Shown here one piece after another: positions 48,479 to 57,955 of a DNA stretch of 64,000 nucleotides. Origin of the DNA: Candidatus Nomurabacteria bacterium. GTDB lineage: Bacteria; Patescibacteriota; Saccharimonadia; Saccharimonadales; JAGQNJ01. Position numbers and translations under genes: made by a program. The notes beneath the pieces are model-generated. The model saw only the letters and a program-made list of their open reading frames with translations, ran no database searches and had not been told where the DNA came from. Each line of letters opens with the position of its first letter. Positions within the stretch are counted from its first letter, which is position 1. Location: the NCBI GenBank assembly GCA_023898625.1, contig CP060231.1:413986-477985 (forward strand), given 5' to 3'.

Positions 48479-48929
48479 TAAAGAGAAGTCGCAAAATTCA
48501 TTGCTGACATTACTGGTTGTTTTAATTGTGGTATTTTTGGGATTTTCTATTTTAGTGTATTCTTTTTTGAACGACAGACAAATTGTGGTTAATAATCATA
48601 AAATCAATGTACTAGTGGCAGATACGAAAGATTCGCGTGCAAAAGGTTTAGGTGGATGGAATCGTTTAGGTAAGAATCAAGGAATGCTCTTCAAATACTC
48701 CGGTAATGGCATATATTGTGTTTGGATGAAAGATATGAAATTTAATATTGATGTTATCTGGATTAGTGACAACAATAAAGTCGTAGATATTAAAGAAAAT
48801 CTTAGTCCAGATACGTATCCTGAAGTGTTTTGCCCAAACAAGGATGCGAAATATTTTCTTGAAATTCCATCTGGGTCGGTGTCAAAGTTCGGGATAAGAG
48901 TTAATGATAATATAAGTATCGACCGATAA
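48426..48929 (+). CDS. DUF192 (COG1430) family protein; annotated start overlaps rimK, true start uncertain
   Basis: VLVADTKDSRAKGLGGWNRLGKNQGMLFKY...YCVWMKDMKFNIDVIWI...YFLEIPSG pattern of DUF192. Confidence 0.6.
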   Translation: MSNKTPENSAEKIALVPSKEKSQNSLLTLLVVLIVVFLGFSILVYSFLNDRQIVVNNHKINVLVADTKDSRAKGLGGWNRLGKNQGMLFKYSGNGIYCVWMKDMKFNIDVIWISDNNKVVDIKENLSPDTYPEVFCPNKDAKYFLEIPSGSVSKFGIRVNDNISIDR

Positions 48930-48947
48930 ACATGGTATATTAAGCTT

Positions 48948-49448
48948 ATGCCTTACGAGATAGTTGTTATTGGCGTTCCTATTATTATATTGACGTTGTT
49001 GATGATGATTATGAGAACAAACAGCGGGGTGGTGTTTTTTAGTGTGTGTTCTGGTAGTGTGCTGGCTACTCAAATTGGTGGTGAGGCGTCTTTGATCGGC
49101 GCTTCTTTTATAAAAGACGGCGACCTAAGTAAAACTATTACTAGTATCGCACTGATAACTCTACCTGCAATTTTCAGTGCGATAATTTTACGTAAATCAA
49201 TCACTCCAGGAAAATTTGTGTTGAACATAATTCCTAGCATTTGCGCGAGCACACTTTTGGTATTATTGGTTGTACCGCTATTGCCCCAAAATATCAATAA
49301 CCAATTACTAAGTAGTAGTACATGGGAGCAACTACAGGGATTTCAACCGTTTATCTTAGTGGTAGGTGTTATCTCTAGTCTTATGTTATTAGTATTCACT
49401 CATGCCAAAATATCGACAAAGTCAAGTAAACACAAGAAACATCATTAA
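48948..49448 (+). CDS. Hypothetical polytopic membrane protein
   Basis: Four to five predicted TM helices; ORF only. Confidence 0.45.
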   Translation: MPYEIVVIGVPIIILTLLMMIMRTNSGVVFFSVCSGSVLATQIGGEASLIGASFIKDGDLSKTITSIALITLPAIFSAIILRKSITPGKFVLNIIPSICASTLLVLLVVPLLPQNINNQLLSSSTWEQLQGFQPFILVVGVISSLMLLVFTHAKISTKSSKHKKHH

Positions 49449-49452
49449 ATCT

Positions 49453-50088
49453 CTAATCGATGCTGTAACCAGTCGCCTTCCAGGAACCACCTTCAATACC
49501 AAATGTTACAGACCCCGTCTTAGACATACCCATTATTGACAAGCTGACTTTTATAGATCCGGTATTTTCACTGTACGCTACCCACGTACTCTTATCAAAC
49601 TTCACACTTGTACCAACAGGTACTTGACTGGTGTCTAGATTGCTGGACACATAAGGGTTTCCTTTTATGCCGTTCGATTCAATTGAGTTGATTGCAGTTT
49701 CTACTCCTGGCGGAATTCCGGTGTTTGTTGACTGAACGCTAGGAGCTTGTTGCTGATTTGGTGTAGAAGTTTGTCCTGATTGATTTGTGGTTGATGGCCC
49801 GGGATTAGCTGTGTAGTATTGTTGATTAGGGCCCTGTCCTTGAACGGTTTCAGTAGGACTAGGATTAGAATAAATGTCGTCTGTCGAAAGTTGTTGCTCT
49901 ATCGAAGAAGAAGTTGGTGAATTAACTTGCTTTGAAGATACCGTATTCCTATAAAATAGGTATGCTAACATTGCCAAAAAAACAGGAATCCCAACAACGG
50001 CAATAATCAATATTGACCTTACTTTTTGATGCATTTGGAATTTTTGTATATCTTGACTATTTGCGCTAAGAGCATTAAAGCTACTCAT
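49453..50088 (-). CDS. Hypothetical membrane-anchored protein with S/T/P/Q-rich linker
   Basis: TM (ILIIAVVGIPVFLAMLAYLFY), low-complexity linker, beta-rich C-terminal domain. Confidence 0.45.
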   Translation of the reverse strand: MSSFNALSANSQDIQKFQMHQKVRSILIIAVVGIPVFLAMLAYLFYRNTVSSKQVNSPTSSSIEQQLSTDDIYSNPSPTETVQGQGPNQQYYTANPGPSTTNQSGQTSTPNQQQAPSVQSTNTGIPPGVETAINSIESNGIKGNPYVSSNLDTSQVPVGTSVKFDKSTWVAYSENTGSIKVSLSIMGMSKTGSVTFGIEGGSWKATGYSID

Positions 50089-50235
50089 AAAGCTTATGAT
50101 ACCAGGGATGGCAAAAAAATAAAACTAAACTAATAACTAATCATCTGCTTTTTCTAAGATTTTTAATATAACTTTTGAAGCTACTCCCGCCGAGATTTTT
50201 TGTAAAAAGGAAAAGGATGTTTCTGGGCGGGTGTG

Positions 50236-50769
50236 CTATGACAGGGCTTTGTCAAAAATTGATTGAAAGAAGTCGTCTTTCAATTTCGTATAAGTTGCCC
50301 TGTCATTGGCGTATTGTTGGGCAAGCGTAGTTTTAAGTTTTCTGTATTCGTTGCGTTCGGCTTCGTGGGTTCGCATGTAATCCCTAAAGGCGATCGGCTT
50401 TGTCCATTGTTCGGTGTCGTCTTGCAACACAAGGTTTAGGTGATGTGTGCGATTTTCTTGCGAGCCTTTAGGGAAAAACTTGCGGTCATTAAACATACGC
50501 TCAGGGATATATTTGTAACTGAGTTTTTGCAGTTCGTCTATAAACTCTGGCAAATCGTCAAAAGATTTTACGGCAACAACAATATCAATAATCGGTTTGG
50601 CAACTAGTCCTGGTATTGAAGTACTGCCAATATGTTCAATGGCAAGTATTTTGTCGCCGAAAGTTTCTAGCAATCGTTGTTTTTCTAACTCAAACTCTTT
50701 TGGCCAGTTCGGGTCGTAGTCTACGACTTTGACCGTGCCACGTTTTAGCCCAATGCTCATCGTTCCCAC
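50236..50769 (-). CDS. GrpB / UPF0157 family nucleotidyltransferase-fold protein
   Basis: IEHIGSTSIPGLVAKPIIDIVVAV signature. Confidence 0.75.
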   Translation of the reverse strand: MGTMSIGLKRGTVKVVDYDPNWPKEFELEKQRLLETFGDKILAIEHIGSTSIPGLVAKPIIDIVVAVKSFDDLPEFIDELQKLSYKYIPERMFNDRKFFPKGSQENRTHHLNLVLQDDTEQWTKPIAFRDYMRTHEAERNEYRKLKTTLAQQYANDRATYTKLKDDFFQSIFDKALS

Positions 50770-51149
50770 TGCTTCAAATGTGGCGAAAAGTCCACTTGAT
50801 AATCAGGAATACCGATAGATATGCCGTAGGCTGTCGCCTCGTCATATTGTTTCTTATCTGTGCGGTCAGTAATATGAAACACCTTGCTAGTGTAGATAAC
50901 GTAATGCTCGGTATCAGTCTTAAAATCAGCGTACCAGTCGTGTTCTTTGTCTAATGCCTTGCTTATTTTATCGGCGACTTCTGCAACTTTATCATCTTGT
51001 ATTTCAACTGTATGCAAAGTCCATTGTTTGACCCAGGGCGTTTTATGGTGTTCGGTTACTGGCTCAACTTTTGTTGAAATGATGTTTACATCATTTAAGA
51101 CAGATTTGTCTGTCAAACTTTCCTCAATAGTTACGCCGTTAAAACTCAT
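50757..51149 (-). CDS. Hypothetical protein (130 aa)
   Basis: ORF overlapping the GrpB gene start by 13 nt; no domain recognised. Confidence 0.4.
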   Translation of the reverse strand: MSFNGVTIEESLTDKSVLNDVNIISTKVEPVTEHHKTPWVKQWTLHTVEIQDDKVAEVADKISKALDKEHDWYADFKTDTEHYVIYTSKVFHITDRTDKKQYDEATAYGISIGIPDYQVDFSPHLKQWER

Positions 51150-51152
51150 ATC

Positions 51153-51350
51153 TTACTCCATAGATAAATAGGTGTTAAGGATTGCTTCAATTAGCCCACT
51201 GTCCAGTTCGCTGTTCTCGGCCATTTCCGCCAGCAGAGTTAAGTCTTTCTGGGGTACCTGGCTCGGCTTGAAAGGTATATTACTTATCATCATTTCTTTC
51301 AAATCCTCCCGCCAGACCTGACTTTTTCTCAGCTGAAAAAATGAAGACAC
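51153..51350 (-). CDS. Hypothetical small protein (65 aa)
   Basis: ORF 3 nt upstream of the 130-aa gene. Confidence 0.3.
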   Translation of the reverse strand: MSSFFQLRKSQVWREDLKEMMISNIPFKPSQVPQKDLTLLAEMAENSELDSGLIEAILNTYLSME

Positions 51351-51381
51351 TGCCGTTAAATCTTAAAAAATGTCTGATTTG

Positions 51382-51458
51382 TGGAGGGCCCACTGGGACT
51401 CGAACCCAGGACACCCTGCTTAAAAGGCAGGTGCTCTAACCGACTGAGCTATGGGCCC
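51382..51458 (-). tRNA. tRNA-Lys (anticodon UUU)
   Basis: GGGCCCA-TA-GCTC-AGTCGGTTA-GAGC-A-CCTGC-CTTTTAA-GCAGG-GTGTC-CTGGG-TTCGAGT-CCCAG-TGGGCCC-T-CCA, a perfect cloverleaf. Confidence 0.9.
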
Positions 51459-51612
51459 GTTATAAAGCAAACCTTGCGATAACGGATTATTGTTAACACG
51501 ACTAGCGACCGTATATTACAAGGGTATATTATCCTTGATTTCGGCAAAAAGTCAATAAAATTGACATCTACCTGCTTTTGTTTATTGACACAATAACAAA
51601 TAAGATACCAGC

Positions 51613-53067
51613 ATGGTTGGCAAGTATAGGATACGTCAAACGACAATGATTTCTTGTGGGTTGATATTATTTTTGGCGGGGCTTATATTGGCAAGGTTTA
51701 TTAGTTGGGCTGAATTGGTAATTATTGTATCGATATTAATCATTGCTACTTTTATATTATTACCAAAGCATAGGAAATGTTATTGGATCACCCTGGGATT
51801 GATAGTTTGTTTATTGATAGGGTACTTTAGAGGAGTATCCTATTCGTATCAAGTTAATAAGTATGATGACCTATACAGGAAGCAAGTTAGCCTAATTGTA
51901 GTCGCAAGAGAAGACGCAATTTATAGCGAACGCAAACAGCTAATATTCTCATCAAACAAAATTGAGACAACAAATGGCCATAAGCTGGTTGGCAATATTG
52001 AGGTTGAGGGATTTGGGTTGCCAATGGTCTATAAAGGGGATAAGGTTTTAGTAGAAGGCAAGCTCTATCCCAGACGTGGAGATAATGTTGCGGGCATTAG
52101 CTTTGCGAAAATATCCTTAGTTTCATCAGGCATAAATAAGATTGATCAACTACGTAGGAACTTTGCTACAGGGCTACAAAATGTCTTACCAGAACCTCTT
52201 GCATCTCTTGGGTTAGGGATCTTAATCGGACAGAGGAGCGGTATACCAAAAGATTTGACAGAGCAATTAAGGGAGGTCGGACTAATACATATTGTTGCTG
52301 TTTCTGGTTATAACTTAACAATAATCGTATATTTTGCACAGCGATTATTGCAAAAACGGTCAAGATTTCAGGCCACCATTATTCCAGGTATGCTCGTAGT
52401 TGTGTTTTTGTTGATCACTGGGTTCAGTCCTTCTATTATTCGAGCAAGCGTGGTAAGTTTCATCAGTTTATTTATGTGGTATTTCGGCAGACAAATACGA
52501 CCAATCCTGTTGATTTTACTATCTGCAGTTGTAACTGCGGGTTGGAATCCACTATATATCTGGTCAAGTGTCGGCTGGTACTTATCTTTCTCGGCGTTCT
52601 TCGGAATATTAATCCTGAGCCCTTTGATACTTAGTAACTTTTTTTCACCAAAACATAACGAAAAGCTCATCCCTCAATTAATCTCCGAAACTATCAGTGC
52701 TCAAATTTGCACTATTCCAATATTGCTATATGTTTTTCATAGTTTTTCAGTTGTCAGTTTACTCGCAAATATTCTTGTTGTTCCATTGATACCTTTTGTG
52801 ATGATGGCTACTTTAGTTTCGGGGTTGTACGGAATGATTAGTCCTATAATGTTCTTTGGACTAATAGTATTGCCCGCCAAAATAATGCTTCAATATATTG
52901 TGGAGATTGCGGAATTATTAAGCAGGCTATCGTTTGCTAGCTTCGAGGTTTGGATTACGATACCTCAAACAGTTATTTTGGTGACATTGATTATTTTATT
53001 TACCACATTGCTGTATAATCGTTACTCGAAAAAATTGACAATAAAAAGATCCAGTTCTATAGTTTAG
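51613..53067 (+). CDS. comEC: ComEC/Rec2-family DNA internalisation channel protein (competence domain only; no metallo-beta-lactamase domain)
   Basis: DUF4131-like N-terminus plus competence domain (LIHIVAVSGYNLTIIVYF...; ISLFMWYFGRQIRP...), more than 8 TM helices. Confidence 0.7.
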   Translation: MVGKYRIRQTTMISCGLILFLAGLILARFISWAELVIIVSILIIATFILLPKHRKCYWITLGLIVCLLIGYFRGVSYSYQVNKYDDLYRKQVSLIVVAREDAIYSERKQLIFSSNKIETTNGHKLVGNIEVEGFGLPMVYKGDKVLVEGKLYPRRGDNVAGISFAKISLVSSGINKIDQLRRNFATGLQNVLPEPLASLGLGILIGQRSGIPKDLTEQLREVGLIHIVAVSGYNLTIIVYFAQRLLQKRSRFQATIIPGMLVVVFLLITGFSPSIIRASVVSFISLFMWYFGRQIRPILLILLSAVVTAGWNPLYIWSSVGWYLSFSAFFGILILSPLILSNFFSPKHNEKLIPQLISETISAQICTIPILLYVFHSFSVVSLLANILVVPLIPFVMMATLVSGLYGMISPIMFFGLIVLPAKIMLQYIVEIAELLSRLSFASFEVWITIPQTVILVTLIILFTTLLYNRYSKKLTIKRSSSIV

Positions 53068-53080
53068 TTAAAGAATAAGC

Positions 53081-54496
53081 ATGAAAAAATCAATTCAAAA
53101 AATCGTAAAACACCCATTTGTCATTGTTTTGGCTACTTTATATTTCATAGCTTGGTCTTGGGTATTTGTAACAGATAGCTTAGATTTGGCTGGATCAAAA
53201 CCAGTAGCTATGGTTATTGCCACTTGGGTGGCGTTATTTAACGTTACTTTATCGGTATATATTGTTGTAAAAATATTTAGGTTTTTGAGAAAGAAGTTTA
53301 AATTAACAAACCCATGGTTAATTATCGCTCTCGGATTGCCGCTTTTTGCGCTTATGGACTTCTTGGTTTCGTGGATTACGGCAGTTATTTGGATCGGCCC
53401 AGAAGGAAGCATTGACAATGTTATACCTCTTGCTTCTCCAACATTGGTATTAATAAACACACCACTTGGATATACGACAAGGTTTGTTGGATTTTATGGT
53501 TTGGCTGGGTTGTTTTGGCTGACAGTCTTCTTACTTTCTAGGAAAAGTTGGCGTAAGTATGCATTTCTTTGTTTTGTGGTGACTTGTGTATTGTCGTTAG
53601 CTGGATACCTTATGTATAGACATCCAGATGGTAGGTCTATTTCTGCGACTATTGTTAGCGAAAATTTAGATAACCACGTTGGAGTACTTAAGGATCGTAA
53701 CAGTAGCATAGTGGTATTCCCGGAATATTCATTGGACAATATTGACAATGAAAGACTAGGCGAGCGGTTAGGCAAAAATCAAGATGGGTCAAAAACTTAT
53801 TTTGTTGGTTCTGCTCAGGTTAATAATGGTCAGCCTGCCGGACACCATAATGTATTAAGATTCGGTAATTCAGAAAACGGCATAGAAAGTTCACAAAAAA
53901 AGTATCGATTGATCCCTGCGGGCGAAGACCTAAGCTATATTATGCGCACTATGCTTCGCGCAACTAACCAAAAGTCTACATTAGATTATTTCAGTTATGC
54001 TAAAATGGTTATTAAAGGAGAGCACCCTCTCCAACCACTAAAGATTGACGACCAAACCATCCTTGGTTCAGCGGTTTGTTCAAGTATTATTGCGCCAAAG
54101 GATTATAGAGTATTTGCCAGGCAAGGAGCAACAATATTCACTAATTCTGCATCGCTCACAATTTTTAGAGGATCAAGAGTTTTTGCTTGGCAACAGAAAT
54201 CACTAGCAAGATTTATGTCAGTCGCAAATTCTCGATATTTTTTGCAGTCAGCTAATGCTGCAACAGCGTATGAGTTAGATAACAATGGGCGACAATTAGC
54301 AGAGGTGCGTGGCATAGAAGCTAAAGACATTAAAGTGGTTACCAATTCCACCAAAACTGTATATACATATATTGGAGAGTTTCTGGTTGCAATCGGGATG
54401 CTAATAACTGGAGGGTGGCTTGTTAAGTTGCTACTTGACAGAACGCAATCCAATAAAAATCACAAAAAAAGAGTTTCAAAAAAGCCAAAGAAGTAA
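53081..54496 (+). CDS. lnt: Apolipoprotein N-acyltransferase-like protein (Lnt; polytopic N-terminus + carbon-nitrogen hydrolase domain)
   Basis: Six to seven TM helices, then a CN-hydrolase triad context: VVFPEYSL (Glu), KKYRLIPAGE (Lys), AVCSSIIAP (Cys). Confidence 0.55.
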   Translation: MKKSIQKIVKHPFVIVLATLYFIAWSWVFVTDSLDLAGSKPVAMVIATWVALFNVTLSVYIVVKIFRFLRKKFKLTNPWLIIALGLPLFALMDFLVSWITAVIWIGPEGSIDNVIPLASPTLVLINTPLGYTTRFVGFYGLAGLFWLTVFLLSRKSWRKYAFLCFVVTCVLSLAGYLMYRHPDGRSISATIVSENLDNHVGVLKDRNSSIVVFPEYSLDNIDNERLGERLGKNQDGSKTYFVGSAQVNNGQPAGHHNVLRFGNSENGIESSQKKYRLIPAGEDLSYIMRTMLRATNQKSTLDYFSYAKMVIKGEHPLQPLKIDDQTILGSAVCSSIIAPKDYRVFARQGATIFTNSASLTIFRGSRVFAWQQKSLARFMSVANSRYFLQSANAATAYELDNNGRQLAEVRGIEAKDIKVVTNSTKTVYTYIGEFLVAIGMLITGGWLVKLLLDRTQSNKNHKKRVSKKPKK

Positions 54497-54535
54497 TTAT
54501 GTTATAATATTATCTAGAACAACTGGAGTAATAAA

Positions 54536-55249
54536 ATGGCTGGACATAGTAAATGGGCTAAGATACATCGCGGAAAAGCAATAGAGGATGCCAAGAGAGG
54601 GGCGATATTTACGCGACTCGGCAATGCAATAGCTATTGCCGCAAAAGGTGGATCAGACCCCGACATGAACTTTTCATTAAGGCTAGCAATTGATAAAGCT
54701 AAAGCATCCAACATGCCTGCTAACAATATTCAGAGGGCAATCGATAGGGGCTCTGGCAAGCTAGGGGGTGACCAGATTCAAGAAGTAATGTATGAAGGTT
54801 ATGGTCCGGGTGGTGTTGGTATTTTGGTGGAGTGTGCAACAGACAACACAAACCGTACTTATACTTTTGTACGAACAGCGTTTGCAAAGCATGGTGGAAA
54901 CATTGCAGAGAAAGGCTCTGTGGCGTTCTTATTTGATAGAAAGGGAATGATTCGAGTAAAAGGCAGTGGCGAAGAATTATTACTACTAATACTTGATTCT
55001 GGTGCAGAGGATGCTATTGAAGATGACGAAGAGACGGTGGTATATACCGAACCAAAACAGCTTGCTACTGTTCGCAACAAACTACAGGACGAAAAGATTG
55101 AGATTGTTGAAGCAGAACTTACTTATGTTCCTCAAAATATCGTGACAATTGCTGACGAAGCTACGCAAGGTAAGGTAATGCGCTTGATGGATGTATTAGA
55201 AGAGCTCGATGATGTAGTTACCACACATACCAATTTCGATATAGCATAA
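54536..55249 (+). CDS. YebC/PmpR family DNA-binding transcriptional regulator
   Basis: MAGHSKWAKIHRGKAIEDAKRGAIFTRL...NMPANNIQRAIDRG is the canonical YebC N-terminus. Confidence 0.9.
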   Translation: MAGHSKWAKIHRGKAIEDAKRGAIFTRLGNAIAIAAKGGSDPDMNFSLRLAIDKAKASNMPANNIQRAIDRGSGKLGGDQIQEVMYEGYGPGGVGILVECATDNTNRTYTFVRTAFAKHGGNIAEKGSVAFLFDRKGMIRVKGSGEELLLLILDSGAEDAIEDDEETVVYTEPKQLATVRNKLQDEKIEIVEAELTYVPQNIVTIADEATQGKVMRLMDVLEELDDVVTTHTNFDIA

Positions 55250-55306
55250 ACATAATGAAGTTGACTTAAAGTAAAATTTACAATTAAGTATTTATTCTTT
55301 TAAATA

Positions 55307-56872
55307 TTGAGAGTATATTTAGGCATACTTATGGGGATGAGATTAATAAGTCTAGTTGCTTCTTTGTTTATTAGTAGTATGTTAGTGCCTGCTAGCATGT
55401 TGGCTGATCCTGAGCCGAGAGTACTAATTGTGGGTGTTAAAATCGGTGGAATTGTGGCCGGAGAACCTACAGAATACATTAATGTATACAATGACTCTAA
55501 TGTTGACGTAGACTTATCAAATTGGAGAGTTGAATACGCTAAGCCGAATGCCAAAATAAATGATTGCAATGCAATAGATTGGACAAAACAAGATAGTTCT
55601 TCAAGCGTTAAATCATACACCTTAAATGGTGTAATTGCGTCTCATCAAACAGTTCAGGTTGAAGTTAGCATGAACGACAACTCTGGTGGCTCAGTAAGGC
55701 TAATCCAAGATAACAAAATTTGGGATTTGGTTGGATGGGGAAGTATGCCGAGTTCTGGGGTATGTAAGGAGGAAGACCTTGCTCCTATACCGGCAAATAC
55801 AAAGAGTATACATAGAGCAGTTGATGATAGTGGTTACTTTATTGATACGGACAATAATTTCGCAGACTTCAGTCATTCTACAACAGATGTAAAAATTGAC
55901 ACAAACTCACCAAACAATACCGATACTATATCAACAAACGATAGTTGTAGAATTGATGATTGTGCTGGTGTTGGTCAACAGGCATCAAATTTATGTACTG
56001 ATTTGGCAATTTCGGAGATATTACCTAATCCTTCAGGCACAGATTCAGGTAATGAATATATTGAACTATACAATTCATCTTCTTCAACTATTAATTTAAG
56101 TTTATGTAGCATTAAGATAGGTAACTCAACTAAAAAATTGACCGGCTTAGCTCCTCCAGGTTATTGGGTGCACAGAGGATTGGTTCTTCCAAATGCTGAT
56201 GGCGGGATGGTTGAACTCATAACAAGTACAAACGAGGATGTGGTATCGTACCCTGCTGGATTGCATGACAATGAGGCCTGGGCTTTGATAGATGGTAAAT
56301 GGCAAGTTACATCTCAGCCAACACCAGGAACGGCTAATATTCTAATTGTACCAACAGAAGTAGCAACCGCTACTACCACAAATACAACTACTCTTGAATC
56401 TTGTGGAGCTGGAAAGTATCGAAATCCAGAGACCAATAGGTGCAAAAGTGTAGGTGATTCACAAGCACTAAAGCCTTGTGAACCCGGTCAAGTTAGAAAT
56501 CCTGACACAAACAGGTGTCGTTCAACTGCAATTATGTTGGCGAATCTTAAACCATGCGACGTTGGGCAAACGCGGAACCCCTCAACTAATCGTTGCAAAA
56601 AGGTATCCGCAACGACAACTCTAGCTGTATGTAAAGAGGGTCAAGTTAGAAATCCTGACACAAATAGATGCAGAAAAGTTGCTGGATCAACCACGAATGT
56701 ATCAGCAACAAATACCCCAAGTTCAGAAAGCAACCAACAGAAAAATAAACTAAATTATGGTGTTTTTGCGGGTATTGCAGTGTTAGTTTTGGGGTATGGT
56801 GTATATGAATATCGAGAAGATATCGTTCAAAAACTCTCTCTATTACGAGGCAAAATACTTAAACAAAAGTAA
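55307..56872 (+). CDS. Secreted lamin-tail-domain (LTD) protein with four C-x2-GQxRNPxTNRC repeats and C-terminal TM anchor
   Basis: Signal peptide; LTD signature ISEILPNPSGTDSGNEYIELYNSS; four CxxGQ(V/T)RNP(D/S)TNRC repeats; TM helix 17 residues from the C-terminus. Confidence 0.6.
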   Translation: MRVYLGILMGMRLISLVASLFISSMLVPASMLADPEPRVLIVGVKIGGIVAGEPTEYINVYNDSNVDVDLSNWRVEYAKPNAKINDCNAIDWTKQDSSSSVKSYTLNGVIASHQTVQVEVSMNDNSGGSVRLIQDNKIWDLVGWGSMPSSGVCKEEDLAPIPANTKSIHRAVDDSGYFIDTDNNFADFSHSTTDVKIDTNSPNNTDTISTNDSCRIDDCAGVGQQASNLCTDLAISEILPNPSGTDSGNEYIELYNSSSSTINLSLCSIKIGNSTKKLTGLAPPGYWVHRGLVLPNADGGMVELITSTNEDVVSYPAGLHDNEAWALIDGKWQVTSQPTPGTANILIVPTEVATATTTNTTTLESCGAGKYRNPETNRCKSVGDSQALKPCEPGQVRNPDTNRCRSTAIMLANLKPCDVGQTRNPSTNRCKKVSATTTLAVCKEGQVRNPDTNRCRKVAGSTTNVSATNTPSSESNQQKNKLNYGVFAGIAVLVLGYGVYEYREDIVQKLSLLRGKILKQK

Positions 56873-56885
56873 TCCTAAGGACTAA

Positions 56886-57371
56886 ATGTATAATAAAAAC
56901 GTGAGGATATTAGGTATTGATCCAGGAACGGGCATAGTTGGGTTTGGTATTATTGATGTTGATAGTGGTAATACAAAATTTGTAGAAGCCGGGGTTATTA
57001 GAACTCCAGCGCATCAAGAAGATAGCGAGAGATTACTGACTATTTACCAAGACCTTAAGGGGATAATATCGCAATATAAACCAGATGTGATGGCTGTAGA
57101 AAAACTCTTTTTTATCCGCAATATTACTACCGCAATGAGCGTCAGTCAGGCGCGTGGTGTAATACTATTACTGGGTAAGCAGAAAAAAATACAACTAAAT
57201 GAGTATACCCCCTTGCAGATAAAACAGGCGGTAACAGGTTACGGTAAGGCGGATAAAAAACAGATACAGGAGATGGTTAAGGTAATCTTAAAACTACCGC
57301 AAATACCAAAACCAGATGACGCGGCCGACGCATTGGCTGCGGCTATCTGTTGTAGCACAAGTATGCGATAA
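56886..57371 (+). CDS. ruvC: Holliday junction resolvase RuvC
   Basis: VRILGIDPGTGIVGFGIID..., YKPDVMAVEKLFF, DAADALAAAI catalytic-acid pattern. Confidence 0.9.
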   Translation: MYNKNVRILGIDPGTGIVGFGIIDVDSGNTKFVEAGVIRTPAHQEDSERLLTIYQDLKGIISQYKPDVMAVEKLFFIRNITTAMSVSQARGVILLLGKQKKIQLNEYTPLQIKQAVTGYGKADKKQIQEMVKVILKLPQIPKPDDAADALAAAICCSTSMR

Positions 57372-57378
57372 TATAGCT

Positions 57379-57954
57379 ATGATAGCAACGCTAAGCGGAG
57401 TAGTAAGTGAGAAGTTTGAAGAATCTATTGTTCTTGATGTTCATGGGGTTGGCTATGGTCTGATAGTTTCGGCTTCTGATTTTGGCAGAACAAATCTTGG
57501 GCAGTCAGAGAAATTTCATGTGTATGAGCATATTCGTGAAGTCTCACACGACTTATACGGGTTTTCCAATCTAGAATCAAAAAAGTTATTTGAACAGTTA
57601 CTTGGTGTTAAGGGTATTGGCCCAAAAGTAGCTATGGCAGTACTAAACGCTGGCAACAACAGTGAGTTAAAGGCGAATATTGCTAACGGCGATGTGAAAT
57701 ACTTACAAACTGCAAAAGGCGTAGGTAAACGAGCGGCAGAGCAAATCATCGTTGAATTGCGCGACAAAGTTGGTGAAGTAGTTGGAGAGGGTGCTGAGGC
57801 TGTAATAGCAAGAGCGGGGGTGAATGTGCAAGATGAGGCTCTGCAGGCTTTAGTTGCGCTCGGGTACTCTGAAGCTGATGCTCAAATAGCTTTACATAAT
57901 GTAGATTCCAGCTTGCCTACCGAAGATAGAATAAAGAAGGTCTTGAAGGGGTGA
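57379..57954 (+). CDS. ruvA: Holliday junction branch-migration protein RuvA (start at MIATLSG rather than the upstream in-frame ATG)
   Basis: IATLSGVV...DVHGVGYGL, HhH motifs (GIGPKVAMAVL; GVGKRAAEQII); the upstream in-frame extension would overlap ruvC. Confidence 0.85.
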   Translation: MIATLSGVVSEKFEESIVLDVHGVGYGLIVSASDFGRTNLGQSEKFHVYEHIREVSHDLYGFSNLESKKLFEQLLGVKGIGPKVAMAVLNAGNNSELKANIANGDVKYLQTAKGVGKRAAEQIIVELRDKVGEVVGEGAEAVIARAGVNVQDEALQALVALGYSEADAQIALHNVDSSLPTEDRIKKVLKG

Positions 57955-57955
57955 T

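Noticed and set aside
50089-50235. CCCGCC...GGCGGG inverted repeat as a terminator between GrpB and the 211-aa gene
   Set aside because: The 31-nt loop and absence of a downstream T-run on the relevant strand make an intrinsic terminator unlikely.
50757-51350. Toxin-antitoxin pair (65-aa + 130-aa genes next to the GrpB nucleotidyltransferase)
   Set aside because: The gene sizes and tight spacing are TA-like, but neither protein shows a recognisable toxin or antitoxin fold by eye.
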